From the NCBI GenBank assembly GCA_965218425.1, contig OZ244621.1, forward strand, positions 1,088,001 to 1,152,000: 64,000 nt of DNA, in the 5' to 3' direction. Made by a program: the position numbers and the translations under genes. The number at the start of each line of letters is the position of its first letter. Position 1 is the first letter of the stretch. Positions 1-9,183 of the stretch are shown here, one piece after another. This DNA comes from an uncultured Candidatus Binatia bacterium (GTDB taxonomy: Bacteria; Desulfobacterota; Binatia; UBA9968; CAXXLF01). The notes below the pieces were generated by a model. That model did no database searches and was not told where the DNA came from. It saw only the letters and a program-made list of their open reading frames with translations.

Positions 1-875
1 CGGATAACGTGACCTAAAGTGTAGTCCACGTGGGTCTTTACACCTTTATTGAGCGAATGAGGAGTCGTTACCCGGTCATCTTGTTCCCAATTTTTCTCCG
101 CCGCTTCATTAAACGCTGCCAGGCGATCCCCATAGGAATGACTTGGATGGAAAAGGGAGGGGTGATACTCGGCCAGGGGCTCGAAGCTCACACCCGATGC
201 TGTTCCCACGCTAGTCACCTCGCCCAGCAAGGCGACAAACAAGCGCCGGTTGACCTCCTCTTCACAAATGTCTTTGACTGATTCGTCCGCCAGGGAACTC
301 AACATTCCAAGACAGGTGTAGGAAAGCTTGCTCCACAAGGTTCCGAGAATATTATTTGTAATCGTTGTGGGGATCACCGAGTTCAGCATGGATTGCACCG
401 CTTCGAGTCCCGGTGTCGTTCTTCCATGCAAATGACCGATAAAGAGACGACCCCTTGCCGCTGTTTTCACATGGCCCGCCCCCAACTTGACGCTCCGCAT
501 ACGGACCACCGCTCCAACGGTGCGGTCCGGCTCAAACATTTCTTCAAACAGGGGCGGGTTCATCCCGTTTTGAAGCGAAACCAAAATGCTTTCACTGTGA
601 ATATGTGGATCCACGACAGCCAGTGCGTCCCTGGTATGGTTTGATCGGACGGCCACCAGCCCCACATCAAATTTCCCCGCCAATTCATTGGGAAGAACCG
701 CGGGTACCGAGACCTGGAAGGATCCATCCGGCACGTCAACCTGGAGCCCGCTCTCGCAAATGGCCCGTACATGCCCAGCGTCAATATCCACCAGCGTTAC
801 GTCGTATCCCTCACGTGCTAGTCGACCGCCGACGATACCTCCGATGGGTCCGGCTCCAATCACAACTACTTTCAT
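1..875 (-). CDS. Ketopantoate reductase (PanE/ApbA) family protein, 3' end outside window
   Basis: Not in the ORF track because it has no stop in the window. Manual translation: MKVVVIGAGPIGGIVGGRLAREGYDVTLVD...LVSLQNGM...LWSKL. Rossmann GxGxxG, SLQNG and WxKL motifs; AAGGAG RBS upstream. Confidence 0.8.
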   Translation of the reverse strand, partial: MKVVVIGAGPIGGIVGGRLAREGYDVTLVDIDAGHVRAICESGLQVDVPDGSFQVSVPAVLPNELAGKFDVGLVAVRSNHTRDALAVVDPHIHSESILVSLQNGMNPPLFEEMFEPDRTVGAVVRMRSVKLGAGHVKTAARGRLFIGHLHGRTTPGLEAVQSMLNSVIPTTITNNILGTLWSKLSYTCLGMLSSLADESVKDICEEEVNRRLFVALLGEVTSVGTASGVSFEPLAEYHPSLFHPSHSYGDRLAAFNEAAEKNWEQDDRVTTPHSLNKGVKTHVDYTLGHVI

Positions 876-902
876 GGCGCTCCTTGAATTTGGCATAGCC
901 CC

Positions 903-1537
903 TCACGCTTCCGAACGCTGCAAGTTCATGATTACCCCTCGCAACAAGAGGTACAGTCCCACGGCATTCAACAGATGCCACAGGAAATGGGTCCCCGATG
1001 TAAAATAGGAACTATACCGTTATCGATGGTGCGAAAAACCAGAGATAACAAAAATACTCCAGAGGCACCCACGAGCAGATTGCGTTCCCTCTTCTCTTTC
1101 ATCCAGTGATAGAACCCCAACACCAGCAACACAGCCAGTGCAGGCAGGTACCCAAGGGAACCGTTGAGCAAATAGGGATACTGAGCGCAGACATAGATAC
1201 CGAGAACGAACGCCACGAATAGGCTCAGGGTGAAACCAGACCCTAAAACGGCAATCCGGCGGCTGTATATCCAAAAAAACAGGATCTGAAAGATTAGGAT
1301 GGAAGTGACATCTAGAAACCTTGCCCAATGGGTGGCAAAGGTATGGAAGAGCAGGCTTCCTAATCCGATGGCCGCTACCATAGCAATTAACAGTGCAACG
1401 CTCGGCGAGGTTGTTTCTCGCGCCCTAGCCGGTTGCCAGGCGGCCCACGCGGAAATAAAAAATGCCAGGTTACTCAAGGCATTGAGAGGCTCGGCCCAAA
1501 GACCGGGACCCAGACGTTCGCAGTAGAGATCGACCAT
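903..1537 (-). pseudogene. Ceramidase-like (CREST superfamily) membrane hydrolase, frameshifted
   Basis: DLYCER..WAEPLNALSN and GSLLFHT motifs. The conserved C-terminal GTHFLWHLLN lies in a different frame after ~1015 and runs to TGA at 903-905. IS3 sits 13 bp upstream of ATG 1537. Confidence 0.75.
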
Positions 1538-1612
1538 TAAAAAGGTAGGCTGAGGTAGCCCAGGTTTGACGGACACCTAAAAAGGGGACAAGATCCCCGC
1601 AGGAGGTGTTCG

Positions 1613-1903
1613 ATGGGCAAGCGAAGGCGTTTCACCCAAGAGTTTAAGTTGGAAGCTGTTCGACTGCTGGAGGCGGGCGCTCGGCCAGCAGCGGAGATTG
1701 CACGGGAACTGGGAGTACCTCGCAATCGACTGTACAAGTGGCAGGAGCAAGTGACGAGGAAAGGGGCGGCTGCGTTTCCCGGCACAGGTCGAGGTAGAGA
1801 CAACGATGAGGTAGCACGGTTAAGGCGAGAGCTGGAGCGGGTAACGGAACAACGAGATATATTAAAAAAGGCCGCAGCGTACTTTGCCAAGGAGCTCAAG
1901 TAA
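1613..1903 (+). CDS. IS3 transposase OrfA (HTH)
   Basis: RRRFTQEFKLEAVRL...ILKKAAAYFAKE; AGGAGG RBS. Confidence 0.93.
   Translation: MGKRRRFTQEFKLEAVRLLEAGARPAAEIARELGVPRNRLYKWQEQVTRKGAAAFPGTGRGRDNDEVARLRRELERVTEQRDILKKAAAYFAKELK
1864..1870 (+). other. Programmed -1 frameshift site (A AAA AAG)
   Basis: A6G heptamer in phase with OrfA. The -1 frame reads KKGRSVLCQGAQVKYAFIRAHR into OrfB without a stop. Confidence 0.85.
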
Positions 1904-1944
1904 AGTACGCGTTTATACGAGCTCACAGGACAGAGTTTAGGGTA

Positions 1945-2763
1945 GTGAGGATGTGCGAGGTATTAGAGGTCAGTCGTAGTGGGTACTACGACTGGAGCGG
2001 TCGAGGGGAGTCTCGGCGTAGAGCACAGGATAAGGTTGTGATCAAAGAGATCCGCAAGGTGCACGAGAGCTACAAGGAAGCGTACGGGGCAGTCAAGACA
2101 TGGCTGACGCTGAAGGAGGCGGGGGTGACATGTGGGAAGCATGGGGTGGCGAGGCTGAGGAGTTTAGTGGGGATAGAGACGCGTCGGGTGCAAAGGTTTC
2201 GATTGGCCTACAAGGCTCGTCACAGTGCGCCACCGGCACCGAACTTGTTGCGTCAACGCTTCGAAGCGTCAGGCCCCGACCAGGTATGGATGGCCGATAT
2301 TACCTTCATTGGTACCCGATCTGGGTGGTTATACCTGGCGGTAGTGGTGGACCTTTACTCTCGGCTGGTGGTGGGATGGTCAATGAAGCAACGTCCCACA
2401 CAGGAGTTGGTCAGTGAAGCTTTACTGATGGCTATCGAACAGCGCCAGCCTATGGCGGGGCTGATTCACCATAGCGACCAAGGAATCCAATACGCTAGCA
2501 ATCACTACGTTGAGTTGCTCAAACGCCATGGGGTGGTGCGCAGCATGAGCCGCAAAGGGAATTGCTACGACAATGCAGTGGTCGAGAGTTTGTTCAGCTC
2601 ACTAAAGAATGAACTTGTACACCATCAGGATTATAAGACGAGGCAGGACGCTAGGTCGGATATCTTCGACTACATTGAACTGTTTTATAACCGAAGAAGA
2701 AAGCATGAGTCGTTGGGATACCACACCCCAATGGCATATGACTCGATCAAACGTGTGGCTTAA
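1945..2763 (+). CDS. IS3 transposase OrfB (rve/DDE), expressed as OrfAB fusion
   Basis: WMADIT, HHSDQGIQY and GNCYDNAVVES DDE motifs. Confidence 0.95.
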   Translation: MRMCEVLEVSRSGYYDWSGRGESRRRAQDKVVIKEIRKVHESYKEAYGAVKTWLTLKEAGVTCGKHGVARLRSLVGIETRRVQRFRLAYKARHSAPPAPNLLRQRFEASGPDQVWMADITFIGTRSGWLYLAVVVDLYSRLVVGWSMKQRPTQELVSEALLMAIEQRQPMAGLIHHSDQGIQYASNHYVELLKRHGVVRSMSRKGNCYDNAVVESLFSSLKNELVHHQDYKTRQDARSDIFDYIELFYNRRRKHESLGYHTPMAYDSIKRVA

Positions 2764-3002
2764 TTAACTGTCCGTGAAACCCGGGTCGCTTCAGGCTGTC
2801 CCCTTTTAGTGGACCCTTCATGACGATCAATCATTCACGCCTGAGGTCCAATAAACCGCCAAAACTTCCCTCACCATGATTTATCAAAATCGGCCATCCA
2901 AAGTAAGCTTGTAATAAATGCGGTGCCATAGGCCTACGATTGACACGAATACGGGGTTGTTCTACAAAGGGCACATTCATTAATACCCAAGGAGATATCG
3001 CT

Positions 3003-4088
3003 ATGGCCGCACCGAGATGGAATGTTCTCTTTTTTGAAGATTGGGTGGAAAAGGAGGGGTTGGACCTGATCCGGGGTACCATCGTTAAAAATGTCTACAC
3101 CCAACCGCTCAAGCCCTGGAAACGCACGGGCGGCAGTGGAGTGATGATTCAGCTGGACGGCACAGGAGATCTGGACGCGGCCTACATATGCGAGGTCCCC
3201 GCGGGGGGAGAGCTAAACCCCGAGAAACACTTCTACGAAGATCTGATCTTCGTTCTAAAAGGGAGGGGTAGCACCAGTGTCTGGTATGAGGGACAAAGAA
3301 AGAACCACTTCGAGTGGCAGGAGGGAAGCCTGTTCACTCTCCCCCTCAATGCCTGGCATCAGCACTTTAATGGCTCGGGAAACGAGCCTGCGAGGTTCAT
3401 AGCGGTCACCACCGCCCCCATCATGATGAACCTCATTCGCAATGAGGAATACATTTTTAACAACCCTGCGGTCTTTCCGGAACGGTACAACAGCGAGGAA
3501 GACTACTTTTCCGGCAAGATCAAATGGGAGACCTTCACCGCGTGGGATAAACCCCTTTCCCTCGCCTTCAGCAACTTCATTGCCGACATCAACGGCATAC
3601 CGTTTCGAGAATCCTCCAGAGGCAAGAGCATGAAAAGCCAGAGCTGGGAGTTGGGTAACGGTGTTCTGGGCTCCCACTCCACCATCTTTCCCAGCGGAAC
3701 CTTTACCAACATCCACCGGCATGGTCCCGGGGACCACGTGTTGTGGCTCACGGGGGAAGGATACTCCATCATGTGGCCTGAAGGTGGCGAAAAACAAAAA
3801 GAGGACTGGGGCCCCGGATCCATAATCGTGCCGCCCTCCTGGTGGTGGCACAGCCATGCGGTCCTGAGCGATGAGCCTGCCCAGTACATCGCCCTCAAGC
3901 TGAGCAGCAAGAGAAACAAGATTCACCGGCAGAGCCATGGGACCATGAGGAGTACGCGGACGGGGGGCAACATGATGAATTTTGAGGACATGCCCAAGGA
4001 TCTGCTGCAAGAGATAACCGAGATTTTCAATCAGGAATGCGCCAAGCACGGCACGAAACCCCAGATACAATTCACCGCAGGGGGGTGA
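3003..4088 (+). CDS. Bicupin protein (gentisate dioxygenase/EutQ-like)
   Basis: Two cupin motif sets (KHFYE/WHQH; HRHG/WWHSH); GGAG RBS before ATG 3003. Confidence 0.75.
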   Translation: MAAPRWNVLFFEDWVEKEGLDLIRGTIVKNVYTQPLKPWKRTGGSGVMIQLDGTGDLDAAYICEVPAGGELNPEKHFYEDLIFVLKGRGSTSVWYEGQRKNHFEWQEGSLFTLPLNAWHQHFNGSGNEPARFIAVTTAPIMMNLIRNEEYIFNNPAVFPERYNSEEDYFSGKIKWETFTAWDKPLSLAFSNFIADINGIPFRESSRGKSMKSQSWELGNGVLGSHSTIFPSGTFTNIHRHGPGDHVLWLTGEGYSIMWPEGGEKQKEDWGPGSIIVPPSWWWHSHAVLSDEPAQYIALKLSSKRNKIHRQSHGTMRSTRTGGNMMNFEDMPKDLLQEITEIFNQECAKHGTKPQIQFTAGG

Positions 4089-4200
4089 TTTCTCAGGACT
4101 GATTAACGCCGTGCGCCGTGGCCTCATTGCTGCCGGCCGCTGCCTGCCTTCTGCCGACTGTCTTTCGCTTAACACAAGAAACTAGACACTCAACGCTCAT

Positions 4201-4626
4201 TTAGACTTTGAGCTCCTGTTTAACCGTCATCCGGTAGTTCCTGTAGACGTCCCGGGTCCGACGGATGAGGTTTTTTAATCCCTTTACGTATCTCTCATAT
4301 CTTTTTTGATCGATCAATTTTGAGTGCAGTTCCAGGCGATCTTCCGTAGTGTTTTGAAAGAATTGTTGAGAGACGAAGCTGTTGACCCTAACCAGTGCGC
4401 GAAGCAGTCGCTCGAAGGCCCTGCCTGCGTACCTCCGCGTTGAGAAATTGGTTCCCCGGACGGTTGAACTCTTCACTAAGCCAAGGGATTCGAGCCATAT
4501 CCTTCCACAGACACACCTGTTCAGACATATGCAAAGAACAAACAATGCCAAGAGAGACAGGCCTAGGTCCTCCACACCTGGAGAGAGTCCCACCATGGAC
4601 CCAGGTATGGCTCCATCTGATTCCAA
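4201..4626 (-). CDS. Hypothetical protein or gene remnant
   Basis: 141-aa ORF filling an intergenic gap; no recognisable motif. Confidence 0.25.
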   Translation of the reverse strand: MESDGAIPGSMVGLSPGVEDLGLSLLALFVLCICLNRCVCGRIWLESLGLVKSSTVRGTNFSTRRYAGRAFERLLRALVRVNSFVSQQFFQNTTEDRLELHSKLIDQKRYERYVKGLKNLIRRTRDVYRNYRMTVKQELKV

Positions 4627-4872
4627 AGGTCAGTCATAGGTTCCATATGTTAAGTAATACTTTGCCAATAAAGCACTGCTAAAAAAAGAATTGCAGGAGG
4701 GCGCAGCGGTTACAGCCTGGAAGAAGGACGTGAAAACAAAGGGATTTCCAGCCTGCTCCGGATTTCGGTAGGTGTGTTTCATTGTCCCGGATGGCAGGGG
4801 GTATTGTGAGTTTGCCCTGCGCGGAGCCGTCTGATTCAATAGTGGTCGGGCCGGGTTAGGGGTGGCGGTGCA

Positions 4873-6558
4873 TTGGCTTTCTTGGGGGAAGAACAGAGAG
4901 ATTGGACTGTGGAGTTGGATAAAGCATTCCATCAGATTGCGGACATCGTAGTGATAGGAACAGGCGCTGCAGCCTCTGTGACAGCCATTGAATCCTTTGA
5001 TCGAGGTAATGATGTTCTCATGATCGAAAAAGCTTCCATCTACGGAGGCACCACAAAGATCTCCGCCGGCGGCATTTGGATCCCCAATCACCGTTTTCTC
5101 CAGCAACAGGGCATCAAAGACCCAAAGGAGGACTGCCTGAAGTTTATGTCGAGGTCTTCCCACCCAGAAGTATTTAACCGTGATCAACCTCGATGGGGAT
5201 TGTCACAAACGGACTACAGTCTGCTCGAAGCTTTCTATGACAACGGCTCCAAAATGATCGATGCAATGATCGATGGAGCCCGGATGAATATGTCAGGAGG
5301 TGAGGTGAAGACCGGTAGGTCGAACTACTATCACTATCCGGAGGACAAGGTGCCCCGAGGCAGAGGATTAAAGCCCATTAATCCTGATGGCAGCGTGGGG
5401 CGCGGTGCTGACCTGACCGCCCAATTTAAGATGGCGGTGAACGAACGGAAGATCCCCGTGCACCTGAACACAAGGGCACGGAGTATCATCCAAAACACCG
5501 CCGGTGAGGCCGTTGGAATCGAAGCGGTCTCGCTATCTACCGGCCAAATCCTATTGTTTGGCGCGAGGAAAGGCGTTGTGTTCGGCACCGGCGGGTTCGC
5601 GCACAATCCTGTCTTAAGGCAAAAACTCCTGTGTCAACCTACCTTTGGTAGCTGTGCCTCTAGGGAGAGTGAAGGTGACTTATTGCAAATGGGGCGGGCC
5701 GTGGGCGCCGATCTGGAAGGTCCTTTCCAGGGTTGGTGGGCAGAGATCGTGCTGGAGGAGGCTTTGGCCGGCCCTATCGCCAACGACGTCTGGGTGCCGC
5801 CGGGTGATAGCATGATCCTGGTGAATCGCTTCGGAAGGCGGGTAGTCAGCGAGAAACTTCCCTACCACGTGCGCACACCAATCCATTTTTACTGGGACCC
5901 GGTCAAGGGCGAATATCCCAACCTGCTGCTGTTTATGGTCTATGATCAACGAACCGTTGAGAAGTTCAGTCAATGGACCACTGTAAGCTACCCGATGCTC
6001 ACACCTGAGGCAAACTACGTCATGATGGGCACTACCTTGGAGGAACTGACCGAGGTCCTTCAGAAAAGGCTGGCTGCCATTGCAGGGATACAGTCAGCCC
6101 CGAGGATTCAATTGACGCCGGATTTTGCCCAGTGCCTGCGGGAGACCGTAGACATATTTAACCGATACGCCCGGAACGGGGCGGACGATGACTTTCACCG
6201 GGGGGAGATACCAGTGGAAAAGGATATTTACCTTGCCCAGGGCGGCACGAATGCGGGAAATCACTATCGCAACCCAACCATGTATCCCCTGACGGATCAC
6301 GGTCCGTACTATGCCATTATGCTGGCAGCCGGACTCCTCGACACACACGGGGGACCGAGGATCGATGCCCGCGCACAGATCCTTGATTCTTCCGCGAACG
6401 CCATACCCGGTCTCTATGGCGCAGGGAACTGTGTCACCGGACCCGCCGGGAAAGCCTACTGGGGTCCTGGCGCGACTCTTGGGTTAGCCATGACCTTTGG
6501 CTATATAGCCGCGGTCAATGCGTCGATGGAACCCCGCAAGCAAACACTACCACATTGA
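4873..6558 (+). CDS. FAD-dependent oxidoreductase, 3-ketosteroid delta1-dehydrogenase (KstD)-like
   Basis: VVIGTGAA, GGTTKISAGGIW, GTGGF, THGG, PGLYGAGN and YWGPGATLG motifs; start uncertain. Confidence 0.8.
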   Translation: MAFLGEEQRDWTVELDKAFHQIADIVVIGTGAAASVTAIESFDRGNDVLMIEKASIYGGTTKISAGGIWIPNHRFLQQQGIKDPKEDCLKFMSRSSHPEVFNRDQPRWGLSQTDYSLLEAFYDNGSKMIDAMIDGARMNMSGGEVKTGRSNYYHYPEDKVPRGRGLKPINPDGSVGRGADLTAQFKMAVNERKIPVHLNTRARSIIQNTAGEAVGIEAVSLSTGQILLFGARKGVVFGTGGFAHNPVLRQKLLCQPTFGSCASRESEGDLLQMGRAVGADLEGPFQGWWAEIVLEEALAGPIANDVWVPPGDSMILVNRFGRRVVSEKLPYHVRTPIHFYWDPVKGEYPNLLLFMVYDQRTVEKFSQWTTVSYPMLTPEANYVMMGTTLEELTEVLQKRLAAIAGIQSAPRIQLTPDFAQCLRETVDIFNRYARNGADDDFHRGEIPVEKDIYLAQGGTNAGNHYRNPTMYPLTDHGPYYAIMLAAGLLDTHGGPRIDARAQILDSSANAIPGLYGAGNCVTGPAGKAYWGPGATLGLAMTFGYIAAVNASMEPRKQTLPH

Positions 6559-6670
6559 AAAATTCGTCTCAGACGACCCGAGTATTGCCTCGATTCAGGA
6601 CACATCACCTTTCGGTGACAATTTCCAGGGCACCATGTTAAGTTGGAAGGTGCCTACCAGGTGATCTTGG

Positions 6671-7855
6671 ATGAATCCCGCACCACCAATCCGAAGCAGA
6701 TATTCCGTACCCTGTCCTCATTACCCCAATTGTATTGGCTGCCCCTTTATCGATCGGCCCTACCCTGAACAGCTGAGCCGAAAGCGAGAACGACTGGCAG
6801 GCGCCCTGGGTGCCTACTCGGGTCTTGCGAGTTTCGAGGTTCCCGACGTTGTTCCCTCTCCCTTCAGGTTAGGTTACCGGGCGCGGGTTAAGCTCGTTGT
6901 AGGTAAAGTAAAGAAAGATATCGTTACTGGTCTCTATTACCCGCAGAGTCACCGCGTCGTGGACATCTCCTCCTGTCCAGTTCATCCGAAACCCGTGAAC
7001 TCCGTGCTGAAGTACCTAAAAGGGCAAATCGTCAGCCTGGGAATCGAGCCTTATGACGAGAAAGACGACACAGGGGATCTTCGTTATGTCGATTTTCGCT
7101 ATAGCTTTTATCGGCGCAAGCTTGCAATTACGCTGGTGACCCGTCATGCCGAGTTTCGCCAAGGGCAAGAGTTGGCCCGTGCCCTCAATCGCCGTTTCTC
7201 TTTTGTGAGCGGAGTGATTCAAAATATCAATGAGGAACGAGGCAATGTGATCTGGGGAACACGATTTCGTTCTTTGGCCGGCCGTGGCTCCATCGAAGAA
7301 AAGATCGGATTCTTGAAACTCAAGCTACCCGCCGGTGTATTTTCTCAGGCGAATCCGTCCATGGCTCGTCGGATCTATGAAGACGCCGTGGCCATGGCAG
7401 ATCTCAAAGGACGGGAAAGGGCACTGGATCTATACTGCGGTGTCGGTCCCCTTTCCCTTTATATCGCAGCCAATGCCGGCTCTGTTTGGGGAGTCGATGA
7501 ATCTTCCCTCTCCATTGACGCGGCCAAACAGAACGCACGCATGAACGGCATTCACAACTGCCGTTTTTTTGTAGAGGACGTGGTGAAGAAGATCGAGGAG
7601 GCAAAGGGCCAGCTTAGTGATATCGATTTGATCGTCTGCAACCCCCCACGCAAAGGGCTTCAGCCTCAAGCCTTGGAGGCTATGCTAACTGCGAGGGCCC
7701 CTAAAATCATCTATGTTTCTTGCGACCCGGTAACCCTGGCACGCGACTTGAATCGCTTTACCGGCGATGGCTATGGACTCACGGGCCTTCAGCCCTTCGA
7801 CATGTTTCCCCAAACAGAAGAAGTTGAAACAGTAGCGCGGCTGGAAAGAATCTAA
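6671..7855 (+). CDS. rlmD: 23S rRNA m5U methyltransferase (RlmD/TrmA family)
   Basis: CPHY..CIGC Fe-S motif; FSQAN, DLYCGVG, NPPRKG, YVSCDP, DMFPQT. Confidence 0.88.
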   Translation: MNPAPPIRSRYSVPCPHYPNCIGCPFIDRPYPEQLSRKRERLAGALGAYSGLASFEVPDVVPSPFRLGYRARVKLVVGKVKKDIVTGLYYPQSHRVVDISSCPVHPKPVNSVLKYLKGQIVSLGIEPYDEKDDTGDLRYVDFRYSFYRRKLAITLVTRHAEFRQGQELARALNRRFSFVSGVIQNINEERGNVIWGTRFRSLAGRGSIEEKIGFLKLKLPAGVFSQANPSMARRIYEDAVAMADLKGRERALDLYCGVGPLSLYIAANAGSVWGVDESSLSIDAAKQNARMNGIHNCRFFVEDVVKKIEEAKGQLSDIDLIVCNPPRKGLQPQALEAMLTARAPKIIYVSCDPVTLARDLNRFTGDGYGLTGLQPFDMFPQTEEVETVARLERI

Positions 7856-7878
7856 TAAACCGGCTTATGGCAGTTACT

Positions 7879-9018
7879 TCATCCCCAAAGCCGCTTGCTG
7901 GCTATCCGCGCCCCCTCCACCAGGGACCTGAGCTTGGCCCAGGTAACGTCTTGGTAGACCCGGTCGCGGCCGGCGAAAGTCCCGAAACCGCAATCGGTAC
8001 CGCCAATGACATTTTCCCGGCCCACCACCCCGGCGTATTGCTCAATACGCTGGGCCACTACCTCAGGGTGCTCGACGAAGTTCGTCGTGGTGTCAATTAC
8101 TCCGGGAATGAGCACTTTACCGGCCGGGAGCTTTACGTCTTGCCAGACCTGCCACTCATGGGCGTGTCGTGGATTGCAGGCCTCCACCAGGTAGGCCCCC
8201 GCCCGCACCTTTAACACCAGATCAATGATGTCCCGCAACGCTACGTCATGGGTGTGGGGCCCTTCGAAGTTGCCCCAGCAGATGTGGTAACGAACCTGTT
8301 CCTCGGGGATCCCCTCCAGGGCATGATTGAGGGCTTCGACCCGGATGGCCTGGGCCTTACGATACTCCTCTAAGGTGTGACTGTGGAAGCTAACGCTTCG
8401 GTCCATGGCATTATCCGGGGCGTCGATTTGCACTATCAGCCCCGCTTTCGCGACGGTCTGATACTCCTCCTTCATGGCGTCGGCCAGGGCGAAGAGGTAT
8501 GCTTCCAATGACGGGTAGTGGCGGTTGATAAGCGTGTATTCAATAACTCCGAGCGATGCGGAGGGGAGAAAGCCCTCCGCGGCCGATCCGTTGCCCAGTG
8601 CGCTTTTCAGGTTTTGAATGTCCGTTTCCACCGCACGCTTACCCTGGTACGCGACGGGACCAACGCAAAACGGGCGCTTGAAGCTCGCTCCCGTGGAAGG
8701 CTGGCGGCTCCATTCAGGAAAATCTTTAGCCTCCGCTCGAATGCGGGGCTCCGTGTTTACCCCGCCGAAGCCCTCCAGGCGCTCGGCCACATAGACACTG
8801 AAGCCGGGTTTGCCAAATTCTCCGTCGCTTACGACGTCGATACCGGTGTCCACCTGCTTGCGTACAACGTCCGCCACCGCCGACCGAACCCTCGCGGCCA
8901 AACCCTGTGCTTCCACTGGCCGACCGCTTTCCCGCGCCCGAATCATCTCCAACAAATCAGGAGGGCGTGGAAGGCTTCCGGTATGGGTGGTCAGTATTCG
9001 CTCTGTACTGTGTTTCAT
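7879..9018 (-). CDS. Cobalamin-independent methionine synthase II family protein
   Basis: TTHTGSLPRP, SDGE, HICWGN and GTDCGF Zn ligands. Confidence 0.88.
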   Translation of the reverse strand: MKHSTERILTTHTGSLPRPPDLLEMIRARESGRPVEAQGLAARVRSAVADVVRKQVDTGIDVVSDGEFGKPGFSVYVAERLEGFGGVNTEPRIRAEAKDFPEWSRQPSTGASFKRPFCVGPVAYQGKRAVETDIQNLKSALGNGSAAEGFLPSASLGVIEYTLINRHYPSLEAYLFALADAMKEEYQTVAKAGLIVQIDAPDNAMDRSVSFHSHTLEEYRKAQAIRVEALNHALEGIPEEQVRYHICWGNFEGPHTHDVALRDIIDLVLKVRAGAYLVEACNPRHAHEWQVWQDVKLPAGKVLIPGVIDTTTNFVEHPEVVAQRIEQYAGVVGRENVIGGTDCGFGTFAGRDRVYQDVTWAKLRSLVEGARIASKRLWG

Positions 9019-9183
9019 AGTTTCCTCCGAAAGTGGAAGCCGAAAATGAAAACAATTCCACAAGAAACTCGGCGCACCCTACGCCCTCGTATGAGTCGCG
9101 TCGATAGTGTAACCGCAGCGTCTTTGAGAAAATTAGCGACATTGCTGGGTCACAAGTTTAAGATTAGCCCGCCAAGGGTAGGG

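Larger units (their letters stand above)
1551..2793 (+). mobile_element. IS3-family insertion sequence (1243 bp)
   Basis: TG...CA ends. Imperfect IRs TGAGGTAGCCCAGGTTTGACGGACAC / TGAAGCGACCCGGGTTTCACGGACAG. 3-bp direct repeat GGC at 1548-1550 and 2794-2796. orfA/orfB layout. Confidence 0.95.

Noticed and set aside
1537..1926. 129-aa minus-strand ORF over IS3 orfA
   Set aside because: Common antisense shadow of IS3 orfA.
3255..4175. 306-aa antisense ORF and similar shadow ORFs (8518-9222, 15444-16070, 23700-24515)
   Set aside because: They lie opposite well-supported genes and contain no motifs.
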